Shown: positions 9,814 to 21,492, numbered from the stretch's first letter. The stretch is 64,000 nt of DNA from Desulfobacterales bacterium (GCA_025454255.1 JALOOU010000045.1:11279-75278); one strand, 5' to 3'. Numbers and translations are program-made. Notes: generated from the letters alone by a model not told the origin.

Positions 9814-10346
9814 GGATCCTGCTGCACGCCTGCTGCGGCCCCTGCGCCATCTTCCCGGTGCAGCAGCTGCGCGCGGAGGCCATGGCGGTGACGGGCTTCT
9901 TCTACCCCCACAACATCCACCCCTACGCCGAGTGCCTGCGCCGCCGGGAGACGCTGCAGGCGTATGCCGACCGGATCGACCTGCCGCTTGTCATCGACGG
10001 CGGCTACGACCTGGAGGGGTTCCTGCGCGCCGTCGTCCACCGCGAAGAGGAGCGCTGCGGCATCTGCTACCGCGAGCGGCTCACCGCCGCCGCGCGCGCC
10101 GCGAAAAACGGGGGCTTCGAGGGGTTCACAACCACCCTGCTCTACAGTCGGTTCCAAAAGCACGATGCCATCCGCCGCACCGGCGAGGCGGTGGCCGGGT
10201 CGATCGGCATCCCCTTCGTGTACCGGGATTTCCGTGCCGGGTGGCAGTACGGCGTGCAGGAGTCCAAGCGGCTGGGGATGTACCGGCAGCCATACTGCGG
10301 ATGCATTTACAGCGAAAAGGAGCGCTATTTCAGGACGGCTTCGTAG
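9810..10346 (+). CDS. queH: Epoxyqueuosine reductase QueH
   Basis: LLHACCGPC, NIHP, RC..CY..RL, YRQPYCGCIYSE. Confidence 0.92.
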   Translation: MRILLHACCGPCAIFPVQQLRAEAMAVTGFFYPHNIHPYAECLRRRETLQAYADRIDLPLVIDGGYDLEGFLRAVVHREEERCGICYRERLTAAARAAKNGGFEGFTTTLLYSRFQKHDAIRRTGEAVAGSIGIPFVYRDFRAGWQYGVQESKRLGMYRQPYCGCIYSEKERYFRTAS

Positions 10347-10489
10347 ACGGCCGAACCTCTTCCCGCCGCCGGCTGGATTCAGCATCCTGCGCGTACCTGT
10401 CGCGGCTGGAAGCCGCTCCCGCGGGAGAACACTCAACGCATTGACCGAGACGATCCATCGCGGCCCGAACCCTTGACCTCCGACAATTT

Positions 10490-12319
10490 ATGTTCGGCAA
10501 CTTCATCTATTTCATCCTGGTCCTGCTGATCTACCTCACCTACACCCCGGCGGAGCAGACCCATTTCAGCGCGGCCGAGAGCCTGCTGCTCGCCGGCCTC
10601 CTGAGCCTCGCCTTCGCGGCCGCCACCCGCCACGGCTTCAAGCGCATCGAGCTCGGGATGGGACGGATCGGCTCGGGTTCGGCCGCGGCCCGCTTCCAAT
10701 CAGCGCAGCTGCGCGGCTCGGTCCTGGCAGTGGCCGTGTTCGCCCTGGATGTGTACGGGCTCAACCTGCCCTCCTTTCTTATCGACGCGCCGCTCTTCAG
10801 CCGTGCGCCCACGCTGCAGGCGCTCCTTTTCCTCGCGCTTTTCACCGGGCACCTGTGCCTGGTCTGGGCGTTCGGCTTCGAGGTCTACCGCCGGCTGCAC
10901 CCCTTCGCCGGGGGGAACCGCCGCCATTATGTGGGCTCGCATGTCTCCTTCTCGCTGCCGGTGCTGATCCCCTGGGCGCTCACCTCGGCCCTGGCCGATG
11001 CCGTCAACGCCCTGCCCTTCGAATCGCCCCGGGCCTTTCTATCGACGACCGAGGGCCAGTTCGCCTACTTCGGCCTGATCATGCTGGCCATCGCCCTGGT
11101 CGGGCCGTTGATGATCCAGAAGCTCTGGCGCTGCACCCCGCTGGCGGCCGGGGGGCACCGGGAGCGGATCGAGGCCCTGTGCCGGCGGGCCGGCATGGAC
11201 TACCGGGACATCCTCTCCTGGCCGCTCTTCGGCGGCCGGATGGTCACCGCCGCCGTGATGGGGCTGATCCGCCGCTTCCGCTACATCCTGGTGACTCCCG
11301 CCCTGCTCGACCTGCTCGAGCCCTTCGAGGTCGACGCCGTGGTCGCCCACGAGATCGGCCACATCAAGCGCCGGCACCTGGTCTTCTACCTCGTCTTCTT
11401 CGCCGGCTACCTGCTGGTCGCCTACGTCGCCTTCGATCTGATCCTCTACCTGATGCTCTTCGTCGAGCCGGTCTGGTGGCTGGTGCACCACAGCGGGGTC
11501 AACGAGGCGACCGCCGCCTCGACGATCCTGAGCCTGATGATGATCGGCGTCTTTCTCGTCTATTTCCGCTTCGTGTTCGGCTATTTCATGCGCAACTTCG
11601 AGCGCCAGGCCGACACCTACGTCTACCGGCTCTTCGACAGCGCCCGGCCGCTCGTCACCACGCTGCAGAAAATCGCCTTCACCAGCGGCGAGCCCCGCAA
11701 CCAGCCCAACTGGCACCACTTCGGCATCGGCGAGCGCATCGACTACCTGCAGCGCTGCGAGCGCGACCCGGACTGGATCCGGCGCCACGACGTCAAGGTG
11801 CGCCGGAGCATCGCCGTCTACCTGGCCGGCCTCGTCCTGCTGGGGACGGTCGGCTACCAGCTCAACCTGGGCACGATGGGCGCGCGCATGAACAACCACC
11901 TGTTCGCGAAGGTCATCGTCCGCCAGCTCGAGCGCCAGCCTGCCAACCCGGCCCTGCACGGGCTGCTGGGGGATTTCAAGTACGCCCGAAAACAGTACGC
12001 AGAGGCGCGCAGCGCCTGGGAATCCGCGCTGGCCTTGAAACCCGACACCCCCGCCGTGCTCAACAACCTGGCCTGGCTGCTCGCCACCTGCGAGGAGCCG
12101 GGTCTGCGCGACCCCGTCCGCGCCTTGGAGCTCGCCGAGCGGGCGGCCGGCCTGGAGCAGTCCGCCTACATCCTGGACACCCTGGCCGAGAGCTACCACG
12201 TCAACGGCCGCCATGCCGATGCGGTCGCCGCCGCGCGGCTGGCCCTGCGCCTGGCCACGGGGGACCCCGCCCACTACGAGCGGCAGCTCGCGAAATTCCT
12301 CGCAGCCGCGGGGGAGTAA
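10490..12319 (+). CDS. M48 family membrane zinc metalloprotease with C-terminal TPR repeats
   Basis: Multiple TM segments, AHEIGH (HExxH), FERQAD, TPR LNNLAWLLAT...DTLAE. Confidence 0.88.
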   Translation: MFGNFIYFILVLLIYLTYTPAEQTHFSAAESLLLAGLLSLAFAAATRHGFKRIELGMGRIGSGSAAARFQSAQLRGSVLAVAVFALDVYGLNLPSFLIDAPLFSRAPTLQALLFLALFTGHLCLVWAFGFEVYRRLHPFAGGNRRHYVGSHVSFSLPVLIPWALTSALADAVNALPFESPRAFLSTTEGQFAYFGLIMLAIALVGPLMIQKLWRCTPLAAGGHRERIEALCRRAGMDYRDILSWPLFGGRMVTAAVMGLIRRFRYILVTPALLDLLEPFEVDAVVAHEIGHIKRRHLVFYLVFFAGYLLVAYVAFDLILYLMLFVEPVWWLVHHSGVNEATAASTILSLMMIGVFLVYFRFVFGYFMRNFERQADTYVYRLFDSARPLVTTLQKIAFTSGEPRNQPNWHHFGIGERIDYLQRCERDPDWIRRHDVKVRRSIAVYLAGLVLLGTVGYQLNLGTMGARMNNHLFAKVIVRQLERQPANPALHGLLGDFKYARKQYAEARSAWESALALKPDTPAVLNNLAWLLATCEEPGLRDPVRALELAERAAGLEQSAYILDTLAESYHVNGRHADAVAAARLALRLATGDPAHYERQLAKFLAAAGE

Positions 12320-12451
12320 GGAAGGGAGAGGAAGCGGGGTGCGGGAGTCAACGATCCGTTGTGCGCACTGCGGAGAGGCTAGCGTTTCGGGTTCACGACG
12401 GGGGCATAACCGATTGCGGGGGGACCGGCTGCGGGCCGACCGGCGCTACCC

Positions 12452-12691
12452 TCAGCGCGGCGGGGGGTTGCGTTTGCGGTAGTGGATGAAAAGCTTGCGG
12501 GCGCCCCCGGCGACGAGAAAGAGCGCCACGAAGTAGAGGCTGAAATAGATGAAGGCGGTGGCCCCGGAGAACTGCTCGATCTGCCGAATCTGGGGCATGA
12601 CCTGGGGGATGCGGAAGCAGAGGCCGACGCCGGCCAGCACCAGCAGCACCCCCCAGGCGAGTTGAAGTCCCTGCTTAAGATTGTCGTCCAT
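12452..12691 (-). CDS. Small two-TM membrane protein
   Basis: MDDNLKQGLQLAWGVLLVLAG...FYF-rich second helix. Confidence 0.65.
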   Translation of the reverse strand: MDDNLKQGLQLAWGVLLVLAGVGLCFRIPQVMPQIRQIEQFSGATAFIYFSLYFVALFLVAGGARKLFIHYRKRNPPPR

Positions 12692-12710
12692 GGATGAAGC
12701 AGTAGACAGG

Positions 12711-12741
12711 GTGTTTCGTGTTTGGTGTTTCGTGTTTAGTG
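12711..12741. repeat. Heptamer tandem repeat (GTGTTTN)x4
   Basis: GTGTTTC GTGTTTG GTGTTTC GTGTTTA GTG. Confidence 0.7.
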
Positions 12742-12829
12742 AATGCAGGGCGCACGGCTGAACCACCTGAAAAAATCGATTCGCGCAACCCCTTTCCTCA
12801 CCGTAAACCGTGCACCGGGAAGCGATCGG

Positions 12830-13621
<792 letters not shown>

Positions 13622-13677
13622 GTTTCCTCCCTGAAGCGGTTCGTGTGGTTGCCGGCCGCGGCACCGGGCGGCGGGGG

Positions 13678-15791
13678 CTACCCCGCGGATCCGGGCGGCG
13701 GCGCGCCCAGCGCCGTGGGGCTGATGTCCTGGATGTAGCTGCGGATGCCGCGTACGATCGAATTGGCCACCTGCTCCTGGAACGCGGGCGTGGTCAGCAG
13801 CCGGCACTCGTCGCGGTTGCTGATGAAGGCGGTCTCCACCAGGACCGACGGCATGCGCGCCCCGAGCAGCACGTAGAAGGGCGCCTGCTTCACCCCCTTG
13901 TCCTTGATGCGCGGATAGCCGTTGGCGGCGAGGTGCGTGACCATCCCGGACTGTACGAAGGCCGCCAGGCGGCTCGACTCGTTGATCTTGGCGTTCTTGA
14001 GCAGATCGTTCAGGATGGAGTGCAGGTCGCTGATGTTCTTGGTGGAGGTGGCGTTCTCCATGGCGGCGACCCGGATCGACTCGTCGTCGGTCGCCAGGTT
14101 CAAAAAGTAGGTCTCCGTGCCGTAGGCGCGCGGGTCGCGCGAGGCGTTGGTGTGGATCGAGATGAAGAGGTCCGCGCGGTGAGTGTTGGCGAAGGCCGTG
14201 CGCTCCTCGAGCGTGAGGTAGCGGTCGTCGTTTCTGGTCATCAGGACCTCGAGGCCGACATCCTCTTGCAGCTTGCGGGCCAGACGCCGGGCGATCTGCA
14301 GCACGATGTCCTTTTCGTGCACCCCCGGGATGAACCCGGGCGCACCGAAGTCCTTGCCGCCGTGGCCCGGGTCGATCACCACGCGCCGCACCCCCAGGGC
14401 CAGCTGCTTGGCCAGCGCCCCGCGCGGCATCTTGCGGGTCTTGTCGACGAGCGCCTCGCCGGCCGCCCCCCCTCTGCCGGGGGTCGGCGGGGGGGCCGCG
14501 CCGTTTGCGCCCCAGACGTCGATGACGATGCGGAAAGGGTCCTTGAGCGAGAAGACCTTGTAGGTCTCGAAGGACTTGATGTCGAGCACCACGCGCACCG
14601 AGTCCAGGGTGTTGCGCGCGGCGCGGGCGTCGCTCAGGAGGTCGTCGTTGATCGGGATGGATTTCTGAACCCCCTCGCCGATGGTGCTGTGGGCCAAATC
14701 GACGTAGAGCCGCGGCGGCTTGTCGATGGAGGGGTCCGCCCGGAGCAGCCGGTGGCTGAAGTCGGTCTCGCGGTCGGCGTAGACCACGACCCGGGTGTAG
14801 TCCGGGTTGGACCAGTGGCGCAGATCCTGCACGATCGAGAGCCCCTCCTCCTCGGGGGCGGGCTTGGCGGGTGGCTTCGCGGACTTCGCCGCCGCCGGCT
14901 CGGCCTCGGCCGCCGGCGGCGGCGCCTGCGGCCGGCGGGCCACACCCGCCGGCGGGGCCCAGGGCCGCGGCATGCCCTGCAGCTCCTTGGTGGCCATGCC
15001 GGCGTAGGGGCTCTCCGGGTGCTCCTTGACGATCTTTTCGAAATTTTCCTGGGCGGCCTTCAGGTCCGAGTTGAACTTGAGCCCCTTGTGCAGGTCGTAG
15101 TAGAGCATCCCCTCCATGTAGAGGCTCGCGGCGACCCACTCCCCGGCCGGGTCCTCGAGGGGCCGATGCACAGCATCCACTCGCGCCGGTTGGCCTCGGT
15201 CGGCTTGCCGCGCCGCAGCTGCTTAAAACACGCCTCGGCGCTCTGGTAGCCCTGTTTCGCCGCGCGCGCCTCGGCGCTGCTCTTTCGGGGCGCGGCCGGG
15301 GCCTCCTTGGGGGCGGCAGCGGCCGCAGCGGCGGTGCTCTTTTCCCGGGCGGGTGCCTTGCCGGGCTTCTCCTCCCGTGCTGCCGGCTCGCTCATCTTCT
15401 GGAGCTCGGCCGCGGCCCGCTCGCGGTAGGCGCTGCCCGGGAACTGCTTCTGGATCTGCTCGAAGAGTTCGGCCGCCTTCCTGCCGTCGGCCGGTTTTTG
15501 GGAAAATTTGGCAAGGTCCCGGTAAAGCGCACCGGACTGGAAGAGGCTCGCCGGCGCCCAGGGCCCGCGGTTGTCCTGGCGGTAGACCGCCTGGAACTTC
15601 TCGATGCACCGCTCCCAGTTCTGGCGCTGCTTCTGGGCGGCCGGATCCTTGCGCAGCGCGCGCACGCAGGCGTCGGCGTCGAAAAACGCGTTGCTCAGGT
15701 CGGCGGCGGCGGTTTCACCGGGCGGGACGACCCCGGCCAGGAGAAGCCAGAGAAGCGCCCAACAGACCAACTGTGCACGGGCTCGCGGCAT
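13678..15791 (-). pseudogene. N-acetylmuramoyl-L-alanine amidase (TPR-like repeats, AMIN, Amidase_3) interrupted by a frameshift near 15160
   Basis: Signal peptide and first helical repeat in ORF 15060-15791; AMIN and amidase domains (IDPGHGGKD, FISIHTNA, LVETAFISN) in ORF 13678-15180; frames switch at WMLCIG/LEDPAGEW. Confidence 0.8.
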
Positions 15792-15834
15792 GCAACCAAG
15801 TGTTCGGTGGTGCCCCGGATGGGCAGATGGATGT

Positions 15835-18525
15835 TTACGGGTCGATTCGTTCAGACTTTACCCCAAATCGATTGGAAATTCCAGGCGAATCGACGGTTTT
15901 TTTCGATCCATCGGCCGCATCTGGCGTGCGCCCGCCGGCCAGCGCCTGCATCCGGCTCAGCGCGTTCAGCGCCTCGAGCGGGGTGAGCGCTTCGAGCTCC
16001 AGGCCGCGCAGCTCCTCGAGCACCCTGGCCTCGGGGGGGCGGAAGAGCTCCAGCTGCATCGGGCCCGGTTTGGCGTCCCGGGGGGCGGGCATCGAAACCG
16101 GGGCGCCGTGCTCCCCGCTCTCGATGCCGAAGAGGATCCGCTTGGCCCGGCGGATCACCGCCGGCGGGATCCCGGCCAGGCGGGCCACCTGGATCCCGTA
16201 GCTGCGGTTGGTGCCGCCGGGCACGAGCTTGTGCAGGAAGATGATCTCGTCGTTCCACTCCTTGACCGCGATGTTGAAGTTCTTGACGCGCGGCTTGCGG
16301 TCGGCCAGATCGGTGAGCTCGTGGTAGTGGGTGGCGAAGAGGGTCTTGACGCCGGTGCCGTTCAGGTCGTGCAGGTACTCGGCCACGGCCCAGGCGATGC
16401 TCAGCCCGTCGAAGGTGCTGGTGCCGCGGCCGATCTCATCGAGAATGACCAGGCTGCGGCCGGTGGCATGGTTCAAAATGTTGGCGGTCTCCTGCATCTC
16501 GACCATGAAAGTGCTCTGGCCCTGGGAGAGGTTGTCGAGCGCGCCGACCCGGGTGAAGATCCGGTCGACGATGCCGACGGCGGCCTTGCGCGCGGGGACG
16601 AACCCCCCCATCTGGGCCATGATGACGAGCAGGGCCGCCTGCCGCAGCACGGTGGACTTTCCGGCCATGTTCGGCCCGGTGATGATCAGCACCTGGTTGG
16701 CCGCATCGTCCAGCTCGAGCGAGTTGGGCACGAAGCGCTCCCCGCCGATCATCTTCTCCACCACCGGGTGGCGCCCCTCCTCGATGAGCAGGCGCCCGTC
16801 CTCGAGGATCTCCGGTCGGCAGTAGTGGTTCTGGTCGGCCGCCTCGGCCAGGTTCAAAAGGCAGTCGAGCTCGGCCAGAAACCGCGCCACCGTCTGCAGC
16901 TGCGGATGGCGCTCCGCGGCCGCCGCGCGCACCTGCTGAAACAGTCGGTGCTCGAGTTCGGCGCGCTGCTGCTCCGCGCCCAGCACCTTGGCTTCAAAGC
17001 GCTTGAGCTCGTCGGTGATGTAGCGCTCGGCGTTGACCAGGGTCTGTTTGCGCACGTAGTGGGCCGGGGCCGCGTGCGCGCGCGCCTTGGGCACCTCGAT
17101 ATAGTAGCCGAAGACCCGGTTGTAGCTCACCTTGAGGCTGTTGACCCCGGTCGCCTCGCGCTCCTGTTTCTCCAGCCGCGCGAGGTATCCTTTGGCGTCG
17201 CGGCTGATGGCGGCCAGCTCGTCCAGCTCGGCGTCGAAGCCGGCCTTGATGAGGTGGCCCTCGTGGATCCCCGGCGGGGCGTCCTCGCGGATGGCGCGCT
17301 CGATCAGCCCGGCCAGCCGTTGGAGCTCCTCGATCGGCCCCGGCGGCGTGAAGCGCTCCGCCGAGAGCCCGCCGAGCTCGGCCCAGAGGACGGGCAGGAC
17401 CTGAAGCGAGCGCATCAGCGCCAGGAGGTCGCGCCCGTTGGCCTGGTTCATGACGGTCTTGCTGCCCACCCGCTCCAGGTCGTGCACCGCCTTGAGCCGC
17501 TCGCGCAGCGCGCGCCGCGCGATCACCCGCTCGCGGGCCTCGGCCACGGCTTCCTGGCGCTGCGCGATGGCCTGCCGGTCGCGCAGCGGGCTGAGCAGCC
17601 AGCGCTGGAGCAGGCGCGCCCCCATGGCGGTGCGGGTGTGGTCCAGCACCGAAAGCAGGGTGCCGCGGCGCGAGCCGGTGCGCAGGTTGCGGGTCAGCTC
17701 CAGGTTGAGCCGGCTGGTCTCGTCGACCACCAGGCAGGCGTCGAGCGAATAGCTTTCCAGGCGCGTAAGGTGCGCGGTCTGCTGCTTCTGGGTCTCGGCG
17801 ACATAGGCCATCAGCGCCCCGGCCGCAGCCACGCCGGCGCGGAAGTGCTCGCAGCCGAACCCTTCCAGGTTGACGGTCTGGAATTGCTCGGTCAGCCGGC
17901 GGTAGGCCCGGCGGTAGTCGAACTCCCGGTCGTTCAGATAGGTGACCGCCGCCGCAAGGCCCTGCTCCGCCTCGGCCCCGCCCCGGGCGCTCTCGGGCAG
18001 CAGGATCTCCTTCGGTCCCACCCGCCGAACCTCCTCCCGCAGCGCCTCGGGATCTGCCGATTCGGTGGCGCGGAAGGTGGCGGTGGAGATGTCGAGGTAG
18101 GCCAGCCCCGCGGCGCCGCCGGCGCGCGCCAGCGCCAGGATGAAGTTGTCGGTGCGGGCGTCGAGGAACTCCTCGTCGACGATCATACCCGGCGTGATGA
18201 CGCGCACGACCTCGCGGCGCACCAGGCCCTTGGCGGCGGCCGGGTCCTCCACCTGGTCGCAGACGGCCACCTTGTAGCCGTTTTCGATCAGCCGGGCGAT
18301 GTAGCCGGTGGCGGCGCGGTGGGGCACCCCGCACATCGGCACGGGGGACTCGTCGTTTTTGTTGCGGGAGGTCAGGGTGATGTCGAGCACACGCGCGGCG
18401 GTCTCGGCATCTTCGAAGAACATCTCGTAGAAGTCCCCCATGCGGTAGAACAGAATGGCATCCGGGTGCTCCCCCTTGATCTGGAGGTACTGCCGCACCA
18501 TGGGGGTCGACTTGGGGGCGGTCAT
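15835..18525 (-). CDS. mutS: DNA mismatch repair protein MutS
   Basis: TPMVRQY, GDFYEMF, ITGPNMAGKST, STFMVEM, LDEIGRGTST, ATHYHEL, SYGIQVA. Confidence 0.98.
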   Translation of the reverse strand: MTAPKSTPMVRQYLQIKGEHPDAILFYRMGDFYEMFFEDAETAARVLDITLTSRNKNDESPVPMCGVPHRAATGYIARLIENGYKVAVCDQVEDPAAAKGLVRREVVRVITPGMIVDEEFLDARTDNFILALARAGGAAGLAYLDISTATFRATESADPEALREEVRRVGPKEILLPESARGGAEAEQGLAAAVTYLNDREFDYRRAYRRLTEQFQTVNLEGFGCEHFRAGVAAAGALMAYVAETQKQQTAHLTRLESYSLDACLVVDETSRLNLELTRNLRTGSRRGTLLSVLDHTRTAMGARLLQRWLLSPLRDRQAIAQRQEAVAEARERVIARRALRERLKAVHDLERVGSKTVMNQANGRDLLALMRSLQVLPVLWAELGGLSAERFTPPGPIEELQRLAGLIERAIREDAPPGIHEGHLIKAGFDAELDELAAISRDAKGYLARLEKQEREATGVNSLKVSYNRVFGYYIEVPKARAHAAPAHYVRKQTLVNAERYITDELKRFEAKVLGAEQQRAELEHRLFQQVRAAAAERHPQLQTVARFLAELDCLLNLAEAADQNHYCRPEILEDGRLLIEEGRHPVVEKMIGGERFVPNSLELDDAANQVLIITGPNMAGKSTVLRQAALLVIMAQMGGFVPARKAAVGIVDRIFTRVGALDNLSQGQSTFMVEMQETANILNHATGRSLVILDEIGRGTSTFDGLSIAWAVAEYLHDLNGTGVKTLFATHYHELTDLADRKPRVKNFNIAVKEWNDEIIFLHKLVPGGTNRSYGIQVARLAGIPPAVIRRAKRILFGIESGEHGAPVSMPAPRDAKPGPMQLELFRPPEARVLEELRGLELEALTPLEALNALSRMQALAGGRTPDAADGSKKTVDSPGISNRFGVKSERIDP

Positions 18526-18562
18526 TTCACTTTCGGAACGGGTGCGACGGAAGCTCCCCGCC

Positions 18563-18943
18563 TCAACGCGGGTGGGTCGGGGAGGTGATGGAGGACTCGG
18601 GCGGGTCGCCGGGCAACGGTTCGCCCTTGAGCCGCGCCAGCTCGGATTTGAGCGCGTTGGCCTCGGCCTCGCGGTCGGCGGCGGCGGCCGAGAGCTGCTT
18701 CAAGGCCTTGCGTTTGCGCACCTTGTCGGGCAGCGCGAAGACAAAGGCCACCAGCAGCCCGAAGACGAAAAAGATGAGGTAGAACACCGCCAGCGGCAGC
18801 TGGGGTGAGCGGTATTCAGGCGTCACGCCGAGGTTGAACCGCAGACTCTGATCGGTTCCGAAAAAATGGCTCTCGTTCTGGTACATCGCCAGACCCATGA
18901 CGGCCAGGATGATCAGCCAGATGACCAGCTTCGACTTGTTCAT
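18563..18943 (-). CDS. LapA-domain small membrane protein
   Basis: Two TM helices with QN motif, then coiled coil; directly upstream of mutS. Confidence 0.65.
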   Translation of the reverse strand: MNKSKLVIWLIILAVMGLAMYQNESHFFGTDQSLRFNLGVTPEYRSPQLPLAVFYLIFFVFGLLVAFVFALPDKVRKRKALKQLSAAAADREAEANALKSELARLKGEPLPGDPPESSITSPTHPR

Positions 18944-18967
18944 GTGAGCGTCTCCGGAAGAGTGGAT

Positions 18968-19459
18968 TCAAGGCGCGATCGCCGCGAAATGTGGTTTCAG
19001 GTTGTCGCAGGTCTCCTTCAGGTGCTGGGGGATGACGCGAACGTCGGCGAAGACCGCCAGGGCGTTGGTGTCTCCCAGCCAGCGGGGGACCACGTGCAGG
19101 TGCAGGTGCTCCTCGATACCGGCGCCGGCCACCCGGCCTAAATTCAGCCCCACGTTGAAGCCCTCCGGCCGCATCACCCGCTTGAGCACCGCAACCGCCT
19201 GCTCAACGGTGGACATGAGCAGACCCATCTCCTCGCGGTCGAGCTCCGCGAGGGAAGCTACGTGCCGCAGCGGGGCCACGAGCAGGTGGCCGTTGATGTA
19301 GGGAAACTTGTTCATCAGGACCATGGTGCGCCGTCCCCGGTAAAGGAGCAGTTCCGCGCTGCCGGAGAGCGCCTGGCAGAAGACGCAGCCGTCAACCTTG
19401 TCGGCCAGGATGTACTCGATCCGCCAGGGGGCCCACATGGTTTTCATCGTCGTCGTCAT
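18968..19459 (-). CDS. HIT family hydrolase (Ap4A hydrolase-like)
   Basis: WAPWR.EY, CVFC, NKFPY..GH, HLHLHVVPRW. Confidence 0.92.
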   Translation of the reverse strand: MTTTMKTMWAPWRIEYILADKVDGCVFCQALSGSAELLLYRGRRTMVLMNKFPYINGHLLVAPLRHVASLAELDREEMGLLMSTVEQAVAVLKRVMRPEGFNVGLNLGRVAGAGIEEHLHLHVVPRWLGDTNALAVFADVRVIPQHLKETCDNLKPHFAAIAP

Positions 19460-19534
19460 CCGCCGCTGCCCATTTGCCCGAGCTCAAATCCGCTGTGCGC
19501 GCAGTTCAATATGTAAATGCTTCGGGGCCAAAAT

Positions 19535-20311
19535 TCAACCCTTTTCTAGCGCCAGCGGAACCAGCTCGATCGCACCCCAGAGCGCCATCTGCTCGCCCGC
19601 CACGATCACCATCCCCTCCACCCCGGGGATGCGGCGCCCGTATGCGATGGCCCGGCGCAGATCCCTGGGCGACTGCACGAGGTTGCCGATCGCCGTGGCG
19701 GCGGCGTCCGCCAGGGCGCAGGAGCGTGCCACCACGCAGGCCGCATCGGCCCGACCGAAGCTGAGCGAGTGCCCGACGGTCCCGGAGGAGGTGCACACCG
19801 CCGCCGGCTCCCCGCCCCCGCCCACGACCACCCCGATCCGCAGGCTGAGGGGCGATGCTCCGGCGTAGAGCGCCACCGTGGCCGGGGCCGCGGTCTTCAT
19901 AAAAATATCGCCCCCGTTTTCGACGATGACCTCCTCGCAGCGCTCGAGCAGCCCGCAGCCCACGCGGGCGGCGATGGCCCCGGCGACCGCGGCCATCGGC
20001 CCCACCCCGGCCGCCGCCGCGGCGGCGATCATCTCCCTGACCACCGCGGGGGCCGGGCCCCCGGCCCTCCAGGGGGAGAGCGCGTGCAAGAACCCGGGGT
20101 GTTCGCGGAGGTAGGCCTCCAGGCTCTCCCGTTGCGCGCACACCAGGCGGCGCGCGGCCTCGCGCTCCTCCCGCGAGGCCCGGATCATGAGGTCGGTTTC
20201 GCCCACGACCACCTGAAAGCTGGCCAGCCGGCCGCCGGCCGCGAGGCTGCGGTAGGTGCGCGGTTCGAACCCGCCGGCCGAGGGCGCGCGCGTGAAAGGT
20301 GCGCCCGTCAT
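19535..20311 (-). CDS. UPF0280 (ApbE-like) protein
   Basis: ETDL, GPMAAVAGAIA, VENGGDI, CTSSGTVGHSLSFG.ADA, ADAAAT. Confidence 0.88.
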   Translation of the reverse strand: MTGAPFTRAPSAGGFEPRTYRSLAAGGRLASFQVVVGETDLMIRASREEREAARRLVCAQRESLEAYLREHPGFLHALSPWRAGGPAPAVVREMIAAAAAAGVGPMAAVAGAIAARVGCGLLERCEEVIVENGGDIFMKTAAPATVALYAGASPLSLRIGVVVGGGGEPAAVCTSSGTVGHSLSFGRADAACVVARSCALADAAATAIGNLVQSPRDLRRAIAYGRRIPGVEGMVIVAGEQMALWGAIELVPLALEKG

Positions 20312-21492
20312 CCCCCGCCGCTCTGGATATAGGCCGGCCGCAGATGCGCGGGGCACTGGTCGATGAAGTAGGTGTCGGTCATGCCGGCGATGAAGTCGCG
20401 CACGATCTCAGCGGGGGAGTGCCCCGCGACATACTCCGGCGACATGCCGTTCAGAAACCCCCGGAAGATCACCGAGTCCAGCCGCTGGTCGGAGATGGCG
20501 GCGAGGTACTCCGCGAACAGGCGGCGGAAGAGCTCCCGGATGGCGCCGGTCTGCGGCTTCATGCGCGGGTTCAGGTAGATGCGATCCAGGTTGAACTGCT
20601 TAAGCCGGCGCAGGGCCTCGGAGACCTCCGGGCTGAAGGCCACGTACCCCTTTTCGTGGCTGGTTTTCAGGATGTCGGTCACCAGGTGGTAGACGATCGT
20701 GCCGTTGGTGTCGCCGAGCAGGCGCACGCTCGCCTGCGGCAGATCCTCGCGGCGGATCAGCCGCAGGCGGATGGCATCCTCAATGTCGCGGCCGATGTAG
20801 CTCACGGTGTCGGCCATGCGCACCACGCAGCCCTCCAGGCTCATGGGGGTGAGCTCGGTGTCGGGCCGGTCCTTCTTGGCCTGCATCTCGGCCGCGAGGC
20901 TCGCGAAGCTCTTTCCCGGCAGCGGCGCAAGGCTCTGGTTGTGCACCTCCCCGTCGTGGCAGAGGATCCCGTCCAGGGTCTGCAGGCAGAGGTTCCAGCC
21001 CTGCCCCTTGCGCTCGACCAGGTCGAGGAAGTGCACGCTCTGCACGTTGTGCTGGAAGGTGCCGATCCCGTGCTCCACGCACAGCTCGGAGAGAAACCGC
21101 TCGCCGTCGTGGCCGAAGGGGGTGTGGCCGATGTCGTGGCCGAGAGCGATCGCCTCGATCAAATCCTCGTTCAGGCCGAGGAAGCGGCCGATGCTGCGGC
21201 TGATCTTGGAGACGAGCTGGACGTGCAGCACGCGGTGGGTGATGTGGTCGTTGCGGATCAGGTAGAAGACTTGGGTCTTGTCGATGTAGCGCGCGTAGGC
21301 GCGCGAGTGCAGGATCCGGTCCACGTCAACGGAAAACGCCTGCCGGTAGCCCTCGGTCAGAAACTCCTCCGTGCGCCGGCGCAGGGCGTCCGTGTTCCTG
21401 ACGGCGTGGGCCGAGAGGCCGGCGGCGTGGCGCAGGTCGAGCTGCTCGCGGATGCTGCGCAGCGGCGGCGGGTCAGATCTCTCCATTTGCAA
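20308..21492 (-). CDS. HD-domain dGTP triphosphohydrolase-like protein
   Basis: DRILHS, KTQVF, HR..H, GHDIGHTPFGHDGE, DFIAGMTD. Confidence 0.88.
   Translation of the reverse strand: MQMERSDPPPLRSIREQLDLRHAAGLSAHAVRNTDALRRRTEEFLTEGYRQAFSVDVDRILHSRAYARYIDKTQVFYLIRNDHITHRVLHVQLVSKISRSIGRFLGLNEDLIEAIALGHDIGHTPFGHDGERFLSELCVEHGIGTFQHNVQSVHFLDLVERKGQGWNLCLQTLDGILCHDGEVHNQSLAPLPGKSFASLAAEMQAKKDRPDTELTPMSLEGCVVRMADTVSYIGRDIEDAIRLRLIRREDLPQASVRLLGDTNGTIVYHLVTDILKTSHEKGYVAFSPEVSEALRRLKQFNLDRIYLNPRMKPQTGAIRELFRRLFAEYLAAISDQRLDSVIFRGFLNGMSPEYVAGHSPAEIVRDFIAGMTDTYFIDQCPAHLRPAYIQSGGG

Noticed and set aside
15604-18588. 994-aa plus-strand ORF
   Set aside because: Antisense shadow of mutS, expected in high-GC DNA; no motifs
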